From Methylococcaceae bacterium (GTDB lineage: Bacteria; Pseudomonadota; Gammaproteobacteria; Methylococcales; Methylomonadaceae): DNA of 64,000 nt. The stretch is from the NCBI GenBank assembly GCA_030693065.1, contig JAUYBL010000007.1, positions 16,710 through 80,709 on the forward strand. The letters run 5' to 3'. A program made the position numbers and the translations under genes. This document shows positions 37,048 to 47,894 of this stretch, piece after piece. A model generated the notes under the pieces. That model was not told where the DNA came from and did no database searches. It was given only the letters and a program-made list of their open reading frames with translations. Numbering within the stretch: the first letter of the stretch is position 1; every line of letters starts with the position of its first letter.

Positions 37048-38535
37048 ATGGACTATTCTATAGAAAGCGCCCCCTTAGAAAAACTGCAATCTGATTGCAT
37101 CATTGTCGGCGTCTACCAAGATCAACAACTTAGTACATCTGCAACCACCCTTAACAGCAGCAGCCAAGGGTTGATAGCTACAATCGTCAGCCGCGGCGAC
37201 ATCAGCGGAAAAAACGGTGAAACATTGTTAATCAACGCCGTGTCCGGCATCGCTAGCGACCGGATATTGCTGGTCGGCCTGGGTGAAAATAAACCTTTAT
37301 CCGGCAAAGATTACAAAAAAGCCCTGCAAGCAGCGGCCAACAGCTTGAAAAAACCTTACATTAAATCCGTGGTCTCGGCATTATCAGAAACCCCGGTTGA
37401 TAATCGCGACTGGGCATGGAAAGCCCGGCAAGTGGTTGAAGCATTCCATGATGCCGCCTACCAATTTACAGCCTGTAAATCCGATAAAACCACCGAAAGT
37501 AAGCTCGAAAAACTCAGCATCGCCGCCCCGGAAACGCAAGCCGCTGCGGCGCAAACGGGTTTAGCCCAAGGCCGCGCCATCGCGGAAGGCGTCGCGTTAA
37601 CCAAACTGCTTGCTGACTTGCCTGGCAACATCTGCACACCGTCTTATATTGCTGAACAAGCACTCGAATTAGGCAAAAAACATAGCAGCTTAGCGGTGAG
37701 CATTCTGGAAGAAGCCGAAATGGCAGTGCTGGGCATGGGCGCATTGTTGTCCGTGTCACGCGGCAGTCGCCAACCTGCCAAATTAATCACCATCAACTAC
37801 CAAGGCGGTGCTCCTGACAGCAAACCGATTGTGCTTATTGGCAAAGGTTTAACGTTCGATGCGGGCGGTATCTCGTTAAAACCTGCGCCCGGTATGGATG
37901 AAATGAAGTACGACATGTGCGGCGGTGCATCGGTACTGGGCACCCTGCAGGCGGCGGCACAATTGCAATTACCATTGAATATCATCGGATTGGTTCCTTC
38001 TTCAGAAAACCTGCCTGATGGCGATGCCAACAAACCGGGCGACATTCTCACCAGCATGTCCGGTCAAACCATTGAAGTACTCAATACCGATGCCGAAGGC
38101 CGCTTATTGTTGTGCGACACGCTAACTTATGCCGAACGCTTCAATCCTGAAGTCGTCATCGACTTGGCGACATTGACCGGCGCTTGCCTGGTCGCCTTAG
38201 GCCGTGTACCGAGCGGCTTATTGGGTAATGATGATGCCCTGTGCGATGACTTAATTGCCGCTGGCGATGTCGCCAATGACACACTCTGGCGCCTGCCGCT
38301 CTGGGAAGAATACCAAGAGCAACTCAAATCCAATTTTGCCGACATCGCCAATGTCGGCGGCAAAGATGCGGGTACCATTACCGCCGCCTGCTTCCTGGCA
38401 CGTTTTGCCGAAAAATTCCGTTGGGCGCACCTGGATATTGCCGGTACTGCTTGGCGTACTGGCCAAAACAAAGGCGCAACCGGTCGTCCGGTACCGTTGC
38501 TGGTGCAATACCTGCTTAATCGAGCACAAGGCTAA
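37048..38535 (+). CDS. pepA: Leucyl aminopeptidase (M17 family).
   Basis: The M17 catalytic signature region ..[35 protein letters not shown]... Confidence 0.85.
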   Translation: MDYSIESAPLEKLQSDCIIVGVYQDQQLSTSATTLNSSSQGLIATIVSRGDISGKNGETLLINAVSGIASDRILLVGLGENKPLSGKDYKKALQAAANSLKKPYIKSVVSALSETPVDNRDWAWKARQVVEAFHDAAYQFTACKSDKTTESKLEKLSIAAPETQAAAAQTGLAQGRAIAEGVALTKLLADLPGNICTPSYIAEQALELGKKHSSLAVSILEEAEMAVLGMGALLSVSRGSRQPAKLITINYQGGAPDSKPIVLIGKGLTFDAGGISLKPAPGMDEMKYDMCGGASVLGTLQAAAQLQLPLNIIGLVPSSENLPDGDANKPGDILTSMSGQTIEVLNTDAEGRLLLCDTLTYAERFNPEVVIDLATLTGACLVALGRVPSGLLGNDDALCDDLIAAGDVANDTLWRLPLWEEYQEQLKSNFADIANVGGKDAGTITAACFLARFAEKFRWAHLDIAGTAWRTGQNKGATGRPVPLLVQYLLNRAQG

Positions 38536-38544
38536 AATCGATTC

Positions 38545-38988
38545 ATGCCGGAGGCCACTTTTTACGTTTTGCAGTCAGATTCCCAACGGGAACGTTTTGC
38601 CTTCGCTTGCCGACTGATTGAAAAAGCCTACCGTAGCGGTCAGTTCGGCTATGTACTCACCGATTCCGATGCACAAAGCCAGCTCATTGACGACCTGCTC
38701 TGGACCTTCAGGGCAGGTAGTTTTATACCGCATCAACAGGTCACCGGCGAGCTGCCTGCATTGAAAAATATCTTTCTGATCGGCTCGACGCCCACGCCGC
38801 AAGCTTGGCAAAAACTCGTCATCAACTTATCCAATCAATCCCCGCAAAACTTTCAGCAGGCCACGCGCATCCTGGAAATACTCGATAACAGCGAAGCCAC
38901 CAAAGAACCCGGCAGACAACGTTGGATTCAATACAAACAGGCAGGATTTGATGTGACCAAGCATGAATTTGATAAAGCTGTTGATTAA
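38545..38988 (+). CDS. holC: DNA polymerase III chi subunit.
   Basis: 147 aa, N-terminus ATFYVLQSD....FACRLIEKAY, conserved position after pepA. Confidence 0.75.
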   Translation: MPEATFYVLQSDSQRERFAFACRLIEKAYRSGQFGYVLTDSDAQSQLIDDLLWTFRAGSFIPHQQVTGELPALKNIFLIGSTPTPQAWQKLVINLSNQSPQNFQQATRILEILDNSEATKEPGRQRWIQYKQAGFDVTKHEFDKAVD

Positions 38989-39239
38989 GCCCTTCGACGG
39001 AGCTCAGGATGACCGGTCATTTGTTGATTTCGTTTGTGGTCGACTGCACGGATGCAGGAGGTAGGACACCAACAGTAGGCGCTTTAGGCGACGCAGGAGC
39101 AGTTGCCGAGAGCCTGTCGAACCAAACGTAATAAATTAATTTATAAGGTACCGTTCGCACTGAGCTTGTCGAAGTGCAGAATGATATTCGAAAATGCCAA
39201 AGTACCAGATTCCTTACATGCAAGAACCCAAGGACCACG

Positions 39240-41984
39240 ATGCAACTCCAGCTTGAAGACCTGCTTTACCAACAAAAAGCCATACAAAGCGCTGTTGATG
39301 TCTTCAAAGGTCAAAGCAAAAACTTGCCAAACCGGCCCTTGCTGTCGCCAATCAATACCACAGACATCACCTCAAACCAGTGTCTATTAAGCCTGGAGCA
39401 GATACATAAAAACAAACTCGCTATCCTGCAACAAAACGCCTTGCCGGAACATGACGCCGCGTTAAGCGATGAGCCGCAAATCTGCATCGAAATGGAAACC
39501 GGCACCGGTAAAACGCTGGTGTATATCCGCACCATTTACCAACTCTACAAAGAATACGGCTACACCAAATTCATCATTCTGGTGCCGTCGATTGCAGTCA
39601 AAGAAGGCATTATCAATACACTGGAAAGCTTTGCAGACCAGCTAAAAGCCCAATATCAACAAAACATTCACTGGTTTGAATACGACAGTAAACGTCTGAA
39701 CCAACTTAAGCATTTTGTTACCGACGATCAGCCGCAAATCATGCTGACCACTGTTCAAGCCTTTACTGCGGAAGATCGCATCCTTAACCAAACCGGTCGG
39801 GATGACAGCATTGGCGGATTTACTTACCTGGAAGCCTTAGGCCAAACACGCCCCATCATTATCATGGACGAGCCGCAAGAAGGCATGGATACCGACTTGG
39901 CGCAAAAACGCCTGAGCACCTTAACGCCTTTGTTTGTGTTTCGGTACTCGGCCACCCATAAGCGCATCATCAACCGGCTATATCGTTTAACGCCTTACGA
40001 CGCTTACGCAGAAGGCTTGGTGAAAAAGATTGAAGTGCTTTCGGTAGCCGAAATCAACGACGAAGCTACCTTAAAAATTGAGCTACAGGAGATTCAAACC
40101 CAAGCCGGACAAGACCCCAAAGCCAAGCTAAATCTTTGGCACAATCTCAAAACCGGCTTTGCGCTTAAAGCCAGTAAATGGCTGAAGGCCGGTGACAATC
40201 TGGGTGCAGTCACCAACAACATCAGCTATCAAGACTTTACCGTCGAGCGCGTCTACAAAGGTCTTCGAGACAAGCACTGGAAAATCCATTTCAGCAACGG
40301 CGTGGAAATAGAACAACACCAACGGCAAGGCGACATTGGCGGCATCTTCCGTCAGCAGCTGTATTGGTTAATCAGCAGCCATTTTGATAAACAACAAAAG
40401 CTCAGGCCCCGCGGCATCAAATGCCTGTCGCTTATTTTTATCGACAAAGTCGATAATTACCTCGGTGCCGAACCACTGATAAAACAACTGTTTGTCGAAG
40501 AATATCAACGCGTTCACCAAGAACGCACCAACAAACCGGCCAACCCGGCACAAATTATCGCCGTGCAAGGCTACTACTTTGCCCGCACCGGCAAAGGCGA
40601 CTTTACCGACAACGAAAGCGCCATGCTCAAAAACCGGGAAATTTACGACCTTATCCTTAAAGACAAGCAGCAACTGTTGTCGCTGGATAACCCCGTTGAA
40701 TTTATCTTTTCGCATTCCGCGCTGGGCGTCGGCTGGGATAACCCCAACATTTTCAACATCGCCACCCTTAACCAAACCTACAGCGAAATCAAAAAACGCC
40801 AGGAAATAGGCCGCGGCCTGCGCATCTGTGTCAATCAACAAGGTCGGCGCATTTATGACCCGGCCAGCGACGATGCCGATGATGAAATCAACGTGTTAAC
40901 GCTTATTCCCAATGAAACTTACGAAACCTTCGCCTTGCAATATCAGGCGCAATTGTCGGAAGAATTCGGTAAAGACGGCAAACAGCCGCCACTGCGCAAA
41001 AACAGCAAAGGCAACAAAAAGCCAAACACACTCACCCGCAATGATGCGCGCTTTAACAGCGACAGCTTTCGTGAGTTTTGGCAGGCATTGGCCAGAAAAA
41101 CCCAATACACCGTAAGTTTTGATGAAGCGGAAATTATCCGTTGCGGCATTCAAGAACTGAACAAAATAAACATCCCCAGCTACGAAGCCGAAATACGCCT
41201 AACCCGCATCAAAGCCCTGCAAAACATCCAGGGCCAAGGCGAGGAAATAGGCCGGGAAATCGCCCAGCTTAAAGCCAGTTACTCGGCGGCGGATATTGTC
41301 GAACAAATCAGCGAGAACACCTCACTCAGCTACCGCGTGGTGTTTAACATCATAAAAGCCCTGGATAACAAAGCCCAAATACTGCGCAATCCGCCGTTGT
41401 TCATCCAGCAATCCAGCACAGCACTTAAACGCATTGAACTGGCCGAAATGCTGCGCACTCTCAGTTACCATGAAACCGGCGACAGCTTTTCTCTGGAGTT
41501 GTTTAAAGAAGCGATTCATACCTATGCACCGGTTGAGCCCACGCCCAACAAAGGCATTTACGACTTTGCCATCTGCGATGCCGATTCTCAGCCGGAGCAT
41601 AACTTTGCCCGCCAAGCCGACAACGACCCAAAAGTTGTGTGTTTATTAAAACTGCCCGATTTCTACCAAATCCCCACGCCCATCGGTGAATACTACCGCC
41701 CGGATTTTGGCCTAGTCGTCAAACAAAGCAGCCTTAAAAACTCTGACAGCAGCGAACTGTATTTTGTTATCGAAACCAAAAGCACCAATGACATCAACGA
41801 CGACAAAGCCCTCACCGAACACGAACGCAACAAAATCCAATGCGCCGTTAAACATTTTCAGGCCTTGGGCATCCGTGCCGAAATTGGTGGCGAGGTAACT
41901 TACCAAGTTAAAGAAGATCCGGGCAGCTACCAGCAAGCCAGCTTTCAGGCGCCGGTTAAAGACTATGGAGATGTAAAGATATAA
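39240..41984 (+). CDS. Type III restriction-modification endonuclease subunit (Res)-like SF2 helicase with a C-terminal PD-(D/E)xK nuclease domain.
   Basis: Helicase motif I (METGTGKTLVYIRT), a motif II region (IIIMDEPQEG), later helicase motifs, and a C-terminal YYRPDFGLVV..ELYFVIETKS (PD..ExK). Start taken at MQLQLEDLL (39240) rather than the ORF-track 39174. Confidence 0.65.
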   Translation: MQLQLEDLLYQQKAIQSAVDVFKGQSKNLPNRPLLSPINTTDITSNQCLLSLEQIHKNKLAILQQNALPEHDAALSDEPQICIEMETGTGKTLVYIRTIYQLYKEYGYTKFIILVPSIAVKEGIINTLESFADQLKAQYQQNIHWFEYDSKRLNQLKHFVTDDQPQIMLTTVQAFTAEDRILNQTGRDDSIGGFTYLEALGQTRPIIIMDEPQEGMDTDLAQKRLSTLTPLFVFRYSATHKRIINRLYRLTPYDAYAEGLVKKIEVLSVAEINDEATLKIELQEIQTQAGQDPKAKLNLWHNLKTGFALKASKWLKAGDNLGAVTNNISYQDFTVERVYKGLRDKHWKIHFSNGVEIEQHQRQGDIGGIFRQQLYWLISSHFDKQQKLRPRGIKCLSLIFIDKVDNYLGAEPLIKQLFVEEYQRVHQERTNKPANPAQIIAVQGYYFARTGKGDFTDNESAMLKNREIYDLILKDKQQLLSLDNPVEFIFSHSALGVGWDNPNIFNIATLNQTYSEIKKRQEIGRGLRICVNQQGRRIYDPASDDADDEINVLTLIPNETYETFALQYQAQLSEEFGKDGKQPPLRKNSKGNKKPNTLTRNDARFNSDSFREFWQALARKTQYTVSFDEAEIIRCGIQELNKINIPSYEAEIRLTRIKALQNIQGQGEEIGREIAQLKASYSAADIVEQISENTSLSYRVVFNIIKALDNKAQILRNPPLFIQQSSTALKRIELAEMLRTLSYHETGDSFSLELFKEAIHTYAPVEPTPNKGIYDFAICDADSQPEHNFARQADNDPKVVCLLKLPDFYQIPTPIGEYYRPDFGLVVKQSSLKNSDSSELYFVIETKSTNDINDDKALTEHERNKIQCAVKHFQALGIRAEIGGEVTYQVKEDPGSYQQASFQAPVKDYGDVKI

Positions 41985-41998
41985 ATAGTGCCAACGAT

Positions 41999-42130
41999 AC
42001 GTGACGCAGAGCGTCACCTGCGGCATTCCCATTTATGCCCTTTAGGGTACGCAGAGCGTGGGAACGATAACAACCATCGCTCCCATGCTCTGCGTGGGAG
42101 TGTAGCCCGAGACGCTCTGCGTCTCGCACC
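41999..42130. repeat. Cluster of four REP-like GC-rich palindromes sharing an ACGCAGAGCGT / ACGCTCTGCGT core.
   Basis: GTGACGCAGAGCGTCAC; GGGTACGCAGAGCGTGGGAACG; CTCCCATGCTCTGCGTGGGAG; CGAGACGCTCTGCGTCTCG. They lie in the 165-nt gap between res and the mod remnant. Confidence 0.55.
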
Positions 42131-42149
42131 GCTGGACCGTAGAGCGAAT

Positions 42150-42494
42150 ATGAAAGAAAATAAAATGCCCAACACCCCCGATGTCCAGCAAGAACGCTTG
42201 CAGGAATTAAAACGCCTGTTTCCCGACCTGTTCGACGGCGAAGGCCAGCTTAAACTCGACGACCTTAAACAACTGGCGGGCGAGCCCAGCCAACACAAAG
42301 AACGTTACGACTTTACTTGGTCAGGCAAACGCAACGCCAAACAGGCCGCTTACAGTCCGACCACCGCCGCGCTGACTTACGATGAAACCCGCTCAGTCAA
42401 TCCCGACAAGGCAGGCGGCAACCTGATTATCGAAGGCGAAAATCTGGAAAGCCTTAAATGCCGACGCCAAATGGAATCTGCGCCAGCATCTTAA
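42150..42494 (+). pseudogene. 5' remnant (114 codons) of a type III mod (adenine-specific DNA methyltransferase) gene.
   Basis: MKENKMPNTP..LQELKRLFPDLFDGEGQLKLDDLKQLAGE....ERYDFTWSGKRNAKQAAYSPTTAALTYDETRSVNPDKAGGNLIIEGENLESLK matches the conserved N-terminus of type III Mod proteins. It stops just before the catalytic and target-recognition domains should begin. Confidence 0.55.
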
Positions 42495-42593
42495 GTATTT
42501 GTTTATTGCGTTTTAGGTATTCCCAAAGATTGACGTGGAAGCGATACAATGCAATTACGTGTTAACAAATTGAATACACAAGGGGATCACAAA

Positions 42594-42809
42594 ATGAACA
42601 CCGCAGAAAAAGTTTATCAAGATCTACAAGCTTTTCCAGAACCGTTAGCACAAGAGGTTTTGCAGTTCGTGGAGTTTTTAAAGTTTAAACAGCTTAATTC
42701 AGAAAAAACGCCCAACGACACCACAGTAGCAGCAATGCATGCAGCCGAGCGGGGCGAATATGAGGCAACCAGCTTGAATGATTTAAAAAAGCAGTGGGAT
42801 GATGCGTGA
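42594..42809 (+). CDS. Type II antitoxin (DUF2281-type N-terminus, DinJ/RelB-like C-terminus).
   Basis: RBS AAGGGGA. The N-terminal motif VYQDLQAFPEPLAQEVLQFVEFLKFK is a DUF2281 hallmark. Its stop overlaps the toxin start (ATGA). Confidence 0.55.
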   Translation: MNTAEKVYQDLQAFPEPLAQEVLQFVEFLKFKQLNSEKTPNDTTVAAMHAAERGEYEATSLNDLKKQWDDA

Positions 42810-43075
42810 GAGAAATTGTCCAAACCTCGCAATTTAAACAGGACTTAAAGAAGATAAAACATTCAGCCCGTTATAAAGTCGACGATTTGTTAGCGGTTGT
42901 TGAATCGTTAGCTTGTGATAAACCACTTGCTGAAAAACATCGAGCACATGATTTATCTGGTAATTGGCAATCACACAAAGAATGTCATATAAAACCTGAC
43001 TGGCTGCTCATTTATCGCTTACTTGACGATACCTTGGTGTTAGTTAGGACAGGTACGCACAGTGAATTATTCTAA
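42806..43075 (+). CDS. yafQ: YafQ-family (RelE-superfamily) mRNA interferase toxin.
   Basis: 89 aa; ..FKQDLKKI.....LLAVVESLA...[14 protein letters not shown]....[28 protein letters not shown] is collinear with E. coli YafQ, including the catalytic His residues. Confidence 0.7.
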   Translation: MREIVQTSQFKQDLKKIKHSARYKVDDLLAVVESLACDKPLAEKHRAHDLSGNWQSHKECHIKPDWLLIYRLLDDTLVLVRTGTHSELF

Positions 43076-43103
43076 GAATTTTATAAAAACAGACCTTTCA
43101 ACC

Positions 43104-45923
43104 ATGGAAAAAACATACTCCCCGCACGACATTGAACAACGCTGGTATCAAACCTGGGAACAGCAAGGCTATTTTGCTGATCAACCCGAAAAAACCGATG
43201 CAGAATCTTACTGCATTATGATTCCGCCGCCGAATGTCACCGGCAGTCTGCATATGGGCCATGCCTTTCAAGACACCATCATGGATGCCTTGACTCGCTA
43301 TCATCGCATGAAAGGCTATCGCACCTTATGGCAGCCCGGCACCGATCATGCCGGTATCGCAACGCAAATGGTGGTTGAACGCCTGTGTAATGCCGAGGGT
43401 CTTACCCGCCACGATTACGGCCGGGATAAGTTCATTGAAAAAGTCTGGCAATGGAAGGAAGAGTCCGGCGGCACCATTACCAGGCAATTGCGGCGTATGG
43501 GCTCGTCTCTGGATTGGAGTCGCGAGCGTTTTACCATGGACGAAGGCATGTCCGAGGCGGTGCAGGAGGTGTTTATTCGCCTGTACGAAGAAGGCCTGAT
43601 TTACCGCGGCAAACGTCTAGTTAACTGGGATCCGGTACTGCACACCGCGGTGTCCGATCTGGAAGTGTTATCCGAAGAAGAAAGCGGCTTCATGTGGCAT
43701 ATCCGTTATCCGTTAAGCAACGGCACCGGCCATTTGATCGTGGCGACCACCCGTCCGGAAACGCTGCTTGGCGATGCCGCCGTAGCGATTCATCCGAATG
43801 ATGACCGCTACAAACATTTATTAGGCGAATATGTTGAGCTGCCGTTAACCGGCCGTCGCATCCCGATTATTGCGGATGAATATGTCGACCCTGAATTCGG
43901 TACCGGCTGCGTAAAAATTACCCCGGCCCATGATTTTAACGATTACGAAGTATGGACGAGACACCGCAACCATTCAGCTATTCAAGCATTGCCCAATGGC
44001 GGCTTGATCAATATTTTTACCATTGATGCGCAAATTAGAAACAACAAGGATGATGATAGCCAACTGATTCCGCATCAATATTTTGGCCTGGATCGCTTTG
44101 AAGCCCGCAAACAGATTGTGGCTGATTTGGAAGCGCAAGGCTTGCTGGAAAAAGTCGCCGACCATAAATTGATGGTGCCGCGCGGCGATCGCAGTCAAAG
44201 CGTTATCGAGCCGCTGTTAACCGACCAATGGTACGTCAAAGTTGCGCCATTGGCGGAACCGGCCATCGCCGCGGTTGAAAATGGCGACATTAAGTTTGTG
44301 CCCGACAACTGGAAAAATACCTATTTTGATTGGATGCGTAATATTCAGGACTGGTGTATTTCCCGGCAAATCTGGTGGGGCCATCGCATTCCGGCCTGGT
44401 ATGACGACAAGGGCAATATTTACGTGGGGCGTTCCGAACAAGCTATTCGCGATCGTCATCACTTGCCCGCCGATTACCCGATTCGTCAGGATGAAGACGT
44501 ATTGGATACGTGGTTTTCGTCAGCGTTATGGCCGTTTTCAACATTGGGTTGGCCGGAAAATACCGAAGAATTAGCCAAGCATTATCCGACCAGCGTGCTG
44601 GTCACAGGCTTTGACATCATTTTCTTCTGGGTGGCGCGGATGATTATGATGGGCTTGAAGTTTCAAGGCCAAGTGCCGTTCAAGGAAGTCTATATTCACG
44701 GCTTGGTTCGTGATGCCGAAGGCCAGAAAATGTCCAAATCCAAAGGCAATGTATTGGATCCTATCGACATTATTGATGGCATCGAACTGGAAGCTTTGGT
44801 TGCCAAGCGTGTCTCTGGAATGATGCAGCCGCATCTAGCCAAAAAAATCGAACAATCTACACGCAAACAATTTCCTGACGGCATCGCCTCGTTCGGTACC
44901 GATGCGCTGCGTTTTACTTTTGCTTCGTTGGCGTCGACGGGCCGGGATATTCGCTTTGACCTAGCGCGTACCGAAGGTTATCGCAATTTCTGTAACAAGC
45001 TATGGAATGCGGCGCGTTATGTGCTGATGAACACCGAAGAGCAAGATAATGGTTTATCAGATGGTCCCATTGCATACACGCAAGTCGATCGTTGGATTAC
45101 CGCCCGTTTACATCAAGTGACTGCGGTGACCAGCAATGCCATCGACAACTACCGCTTTGATTTGGCGGCGCAGTCAATCTATGAATTTACCTGGAACGAG
45201 TACTGCGACTGGTACTTGGAATTAGCCAAAATATCACTTCAATCGGATGATCTGGCTTTGCAACGCGGCACTCGCAAAACTTTGCTGAATGTTCTGGAAA
45301 CCTTGCTGCGCTTGGCACATCCGATCATGCCGTATATAACCGAAGAAATTTGGCAACGGGTTGCGCCTCTCGCCGGTATCACCGAAAAAACCATTATGTT
45401 GCAGCCTTATCCGGTCGCAGACGATGCATTGATTGATCTCAATGCGATTACTCAAGCCAACTGGATCATGACCTTTATTTTGGGCGTGCGTCGTATTCGT
45501 GGCGAGATGAATATTGCTCCGGGTAAACCGTTACCAGTATTGCTGCAAAATGGCTCTGATGCGGATCAAAAAAATCTATCCCAAAGCCTGAGTTATTTAC
45601 AAAAACTGGGCCGATTAGAGTCAATCACCTGGCTAAATCCAGATGACACTACACCGGAATCAGCAATTGCCTTGGTTGGTGAGTTGAAAATTTTGATACC
45701 TATGGCTGGGTTAATCGATAAAGAAGCCGAGTTAGCAAGGCTGGCAAAAGAAATCCAAAAAATTGCTAACGATTTGCCAAGAGTCGAGGGTAAGTTGAAT
45801 AATCCCGCTTTTGTTGATAAAGCGCCACCGGAAGTAATTGATAAGGAACGCGCCAAATTGGCAGAAATGCGCTCTTTGCTAAACAATCTTGAGCAACAAC
45901 AAGAGAAAATCCGCTCATTGTAG
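43104..45923 (+). CDS. valS: Valine--tRNA ligase.
   Basis: HIGH-class motifs ([15 protein letters not shown]), KMSKS and a C-terminal coiled-coil. Start taken at MEKTYSP. Confidence 0.9.
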   Translation: MEKTYSPHDIEQRWYQTWEQQGYFADQPEKTDAESYCIMIPPPNVTGSLHMGHAFQDTIMDALTRYHRMKGYRTLWQPGTDHAGIATQMVVERLCNAEGLTRHDYGRDKFIEKVWQWKEESGGTITRQLRRMGSSLDWSRERFTMDEGMSEAVQEVFIRLYEEGLIYRGKRLVNWDPVLHTAVSDLEVLSEEESGFMWHIRYPLSNGTGHLIVATTRPETLLGDAAVAIHPNDDRYKHLLGEYVELPLTGRRIPIIADEYVDPEFGTGCVKITPAHDFNDYEVWTRHRNHSAIQALPNGGLINIFTIDAQIRNNKDDDSQLIPHQYFGLDRFEARKQIVADLEAQGLLEKVADHKLMVPRGDRSQSVIEPLLTDQWYVKVAPLAEPAIAAVENGDIKFVPDNWKNTYFDWMRNIQDWCISRQIWWGHRIPAWYDDKGNIYVGRSEQAIRDRHHLPADYPIRQDEDVLDTWFSSALWPFSTLGWPENTEELAKHYPTSVLVTGFDIIFFWVARMIMMGLKFQGQVPFKEVYIHGLVRDAEGQKMSKSKGNVLDPIDIIDGIELEALVAKRVSGMMQPHLAKKIEQSTRKQFPDGIASFGTDALRFTFASLASTGRDIRFDLARTEGYRNFCNKLWNAARYVLMNTEEQDNGLSDGPIAYTQVDRWITARLHQVTAVTSNAIDNYRFDLAAQSIYEFTWNEYCDWYLELAKISLQSDDLALQRGTRKTLLNVLETLLRLAHPIMPYITEEIWQRVAPLAGITEKTIMLQPYPVADDALIDLNAITQANWIMTFILGVRRIRGEMNIAPGKPLPVLLQNGSDADQKNLSQSLSYLQKLGRLESITWLNPDDTTPESAIALVGELKILIPMAGLIDKEAELARLAKEIQKIANDLPRVEGKLNNPAFVDKAPPEVIDKERAKLAEMRSLLNNLEQQQEKIRSL

Positions 45924-46176
45924 AAACCGCTTGTTCTACGCAGTCACCCACATTGTTAGCGTTGGTGACTGCCCTTCTAATCATTACAAAACACCCTCGC
46001 CTGTTTTGCCAGTCCTTGTAAATTTTCGGTTAAGAGCTTTTTTAAACAAAGAGATAATTTTTGAGGTGAAATTCATCAGTGTTTCCCCAAGAATAGACAA
46101 CCCGTCATGCCAGTTGGACAAATCTGTCATGTCGTCTATAGTTTTTCCACACACTTGATTTTTAAAATCACTCGCC

Positions 46177-47892
46177 ATGGCATCTGTTTTTACTGACTTA
46201 CAATTTAATGGCCTAACTCGTTGTTTTATCGAGAACGGTCTGCTGACTGAAAATGACGCACAAAAGTATATTCAGGACGCGCAAAAAGCCAAAGTGTCGT
46301 TAATTGCCTATTTGGTTACCAATAAACTGATCGATAGTAAAACAATTGCAGCCCGCGCTTCTGTTGAGTTTGGCATACCTTATTTTGATTTGGATGCCAT
46401 TGATTATCGAAGCTTGCCAATTAGTCGAGTAGCGGAAAAACTGATTCGCAAACACCACGCCCTGCCTTTATTTATTCGCGGCAATACGCTGTTTTTGGCC
46501 ATCTCTGATCCAACTAATTTTCAAGCGTTGGATGACATCAAATTTCAAAGCCGCCTCAATCCTGAAGCCATTCTGGTTGAAGAAGATAAGCTTGCCAAAA
46601 TCATTGATATCGCATTAGAAGCGGCCGATACATCCATGTCCGATATGCTGGATGCTGATCTGGACAATCTTGAGATCACCGGTGGCGATGAAGACACCAC
46701 CAAAACAGACAGCAATTCCGACATTGACGATGCGCCGATTGTTCGTTTTGTAAACAAAATTCTGCTTGATGCTATTAAACAAGGTGTCTCCGATATTCAC
46801 ATGGAGCCTTACGAAAAAAACTTTCGCATTAGGTACCGTGCCGATGGCATCTTGCATCAGATAGCCAGCCCACCTGCCAGCATTTCCGGTCGGATCATTT
46901 CCAGAATCAAGGTGATGTCGAAGATGGATATTGCCGAACGCAGGGTACCTCAAGATGGCCGAATCAAGATGACGCTATCTAAAAATCGGGCGATTGATTT
47001 TCGGGTTAACACCTGTCCAACACTGTTTGGCGAGAAAGTCGTGTTACGTATTTTAGATCCTACCAGCGCGCAAATCGGTATCGAAAAACTGGGATTTGAA
47101 CCAGAACAGCAACGGCTTTTTTTGAATGCTATTAATAAACCTTATGGGCTGGTTTTGGTAACTGGCCCTACCGGTAGCGGTAAAACCGTGACCTTATATA
47201 CGGGCTTGAACTTGCTTAATAGTGTCGAACGAAATATCTCAACCGCCGAAGACCCTGTCGAAATCACGGTGGAAGGGATTAATCAGGTCAACATGAATGT
47301 TAAATCTGGGCTTACATTTGCAACAGCCTTACGGGCTTTTTTGCGGCAAGATCCTGACATTATTATGGTGGGCGAAATTCGTGACACCGAAACTGCTGAA
47401 ATTGCGGTCAAAGCAGCACAAACAGGCCATTTGGTGTTATCCACCCTGCATACTAACGATGCTCCGCAAACATTAAATCGCTTAATGCAAATGGGTATTC
47501 CGCCTTTTAATATCGTCTCGGCAGTTAATTTAATTATGGCGCAGCGTTTGGCCAGGCGATTATGCGAGCGCTGTAAAACGCCTGCTGACTATCCCGAAGT
47601 TACCTATTTATCATCTGGTTTTAAACAAGATGAACTGGCAACACTAAAAATATTTAAAGCCGGCTCAGGATGTGAGCATTGCACCAATGGCTATAAAGGC
47701 CGGGTGGGTATTTATCAGGTAATGACATTGAGCGAAAAAATGCGCTCACTAATTCTTGAAGGAGGTAACGCTATGCAACTGGCTGAACAGGCAACTGCTG
47801 ACGGCATTAACGATTTGCGAGCGTCCGGATTAAATAAAGTGCGAATGGGCGTCACCAGCCTTGAAGAAATCGATCGTGTAACCAAGGAATAA
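46177..47892 (+). CDS. pilB: Type IV pilus assembly ATPase PilB.
   Basis: GspE-family ATPase with Walker A GPTGSGKT, a tetracysteine motif (CERC..CEHC), and operon context with pilC and pilD. Confidence 0.85.
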   Translation: MASVFTDLQFNGLTRCFIENGLLTENDAQKYIQDAQKAKVSLIAYLVTNKLIDSKTIAARASVEFGIPYFDLDAIDYRSLPISRVAEKLIRKHHALPLFIRGNTLFLAISDPTNFQALDDIKFQSRLNPEAILVEEDKLAKIIDIALEAADTSMSDMLDADLDNLEITGGDEDTTKTDSNSDIDDAPIVRFVNKILLDAIKQGVSDIHMEPYEKNFRIRYRADGILHQIASPPASISGRIISRIKVMSKMDIAERRVPQDGRIKMTLSKNRAIDFRVNTCPTLFGEKVVLRILDPTSAQIGIEKLGFEPEQQRLFLNAINKPYGLVLVTGPTGSGKTVTLYTGLNLLNSVERNISTAEDPVEITVEGINQVNMNVKSGLTFATALRAFLRQDPDIIMVGEIRDTETAEIAVKAAQTGHLVLSTLHTNDAPQTLNRLMQMGIPPFNIVSAVNLIMAQRLARRLCERCKTPADYPEVTYLSSGFKQDELATLKIFKAGSGCEHCTNGYKGRVGIYQVMTLSEKMRSLILEGGNAMQLAEQATADGINDLRASGLNKVRMGVTSLEEIDRVTKE

Positions 47893-47894
47893 TC

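Noticed and set aside
39174-39239. Upstream extension of the Res ORF (MQNDIRKCQSTRFLTCKNPRTT) as given in the ORF track.
   Set aside because: There is no helicase-family homology before MQLQLEDLLYQQ, and the extension overlaps the preceding small ORF. The start at 39240 is preferred, with low certainty.
41988-42149. The N-terminal 54-aa extension of the ORF-track entry 41988..42494.
   Set aside because: This part of the ORF translates straight through the REP palindromes (the Arg/His-rich sequence is typical of translated GC-palindromes). The homologous Mod sequence only begins at Met 42150.
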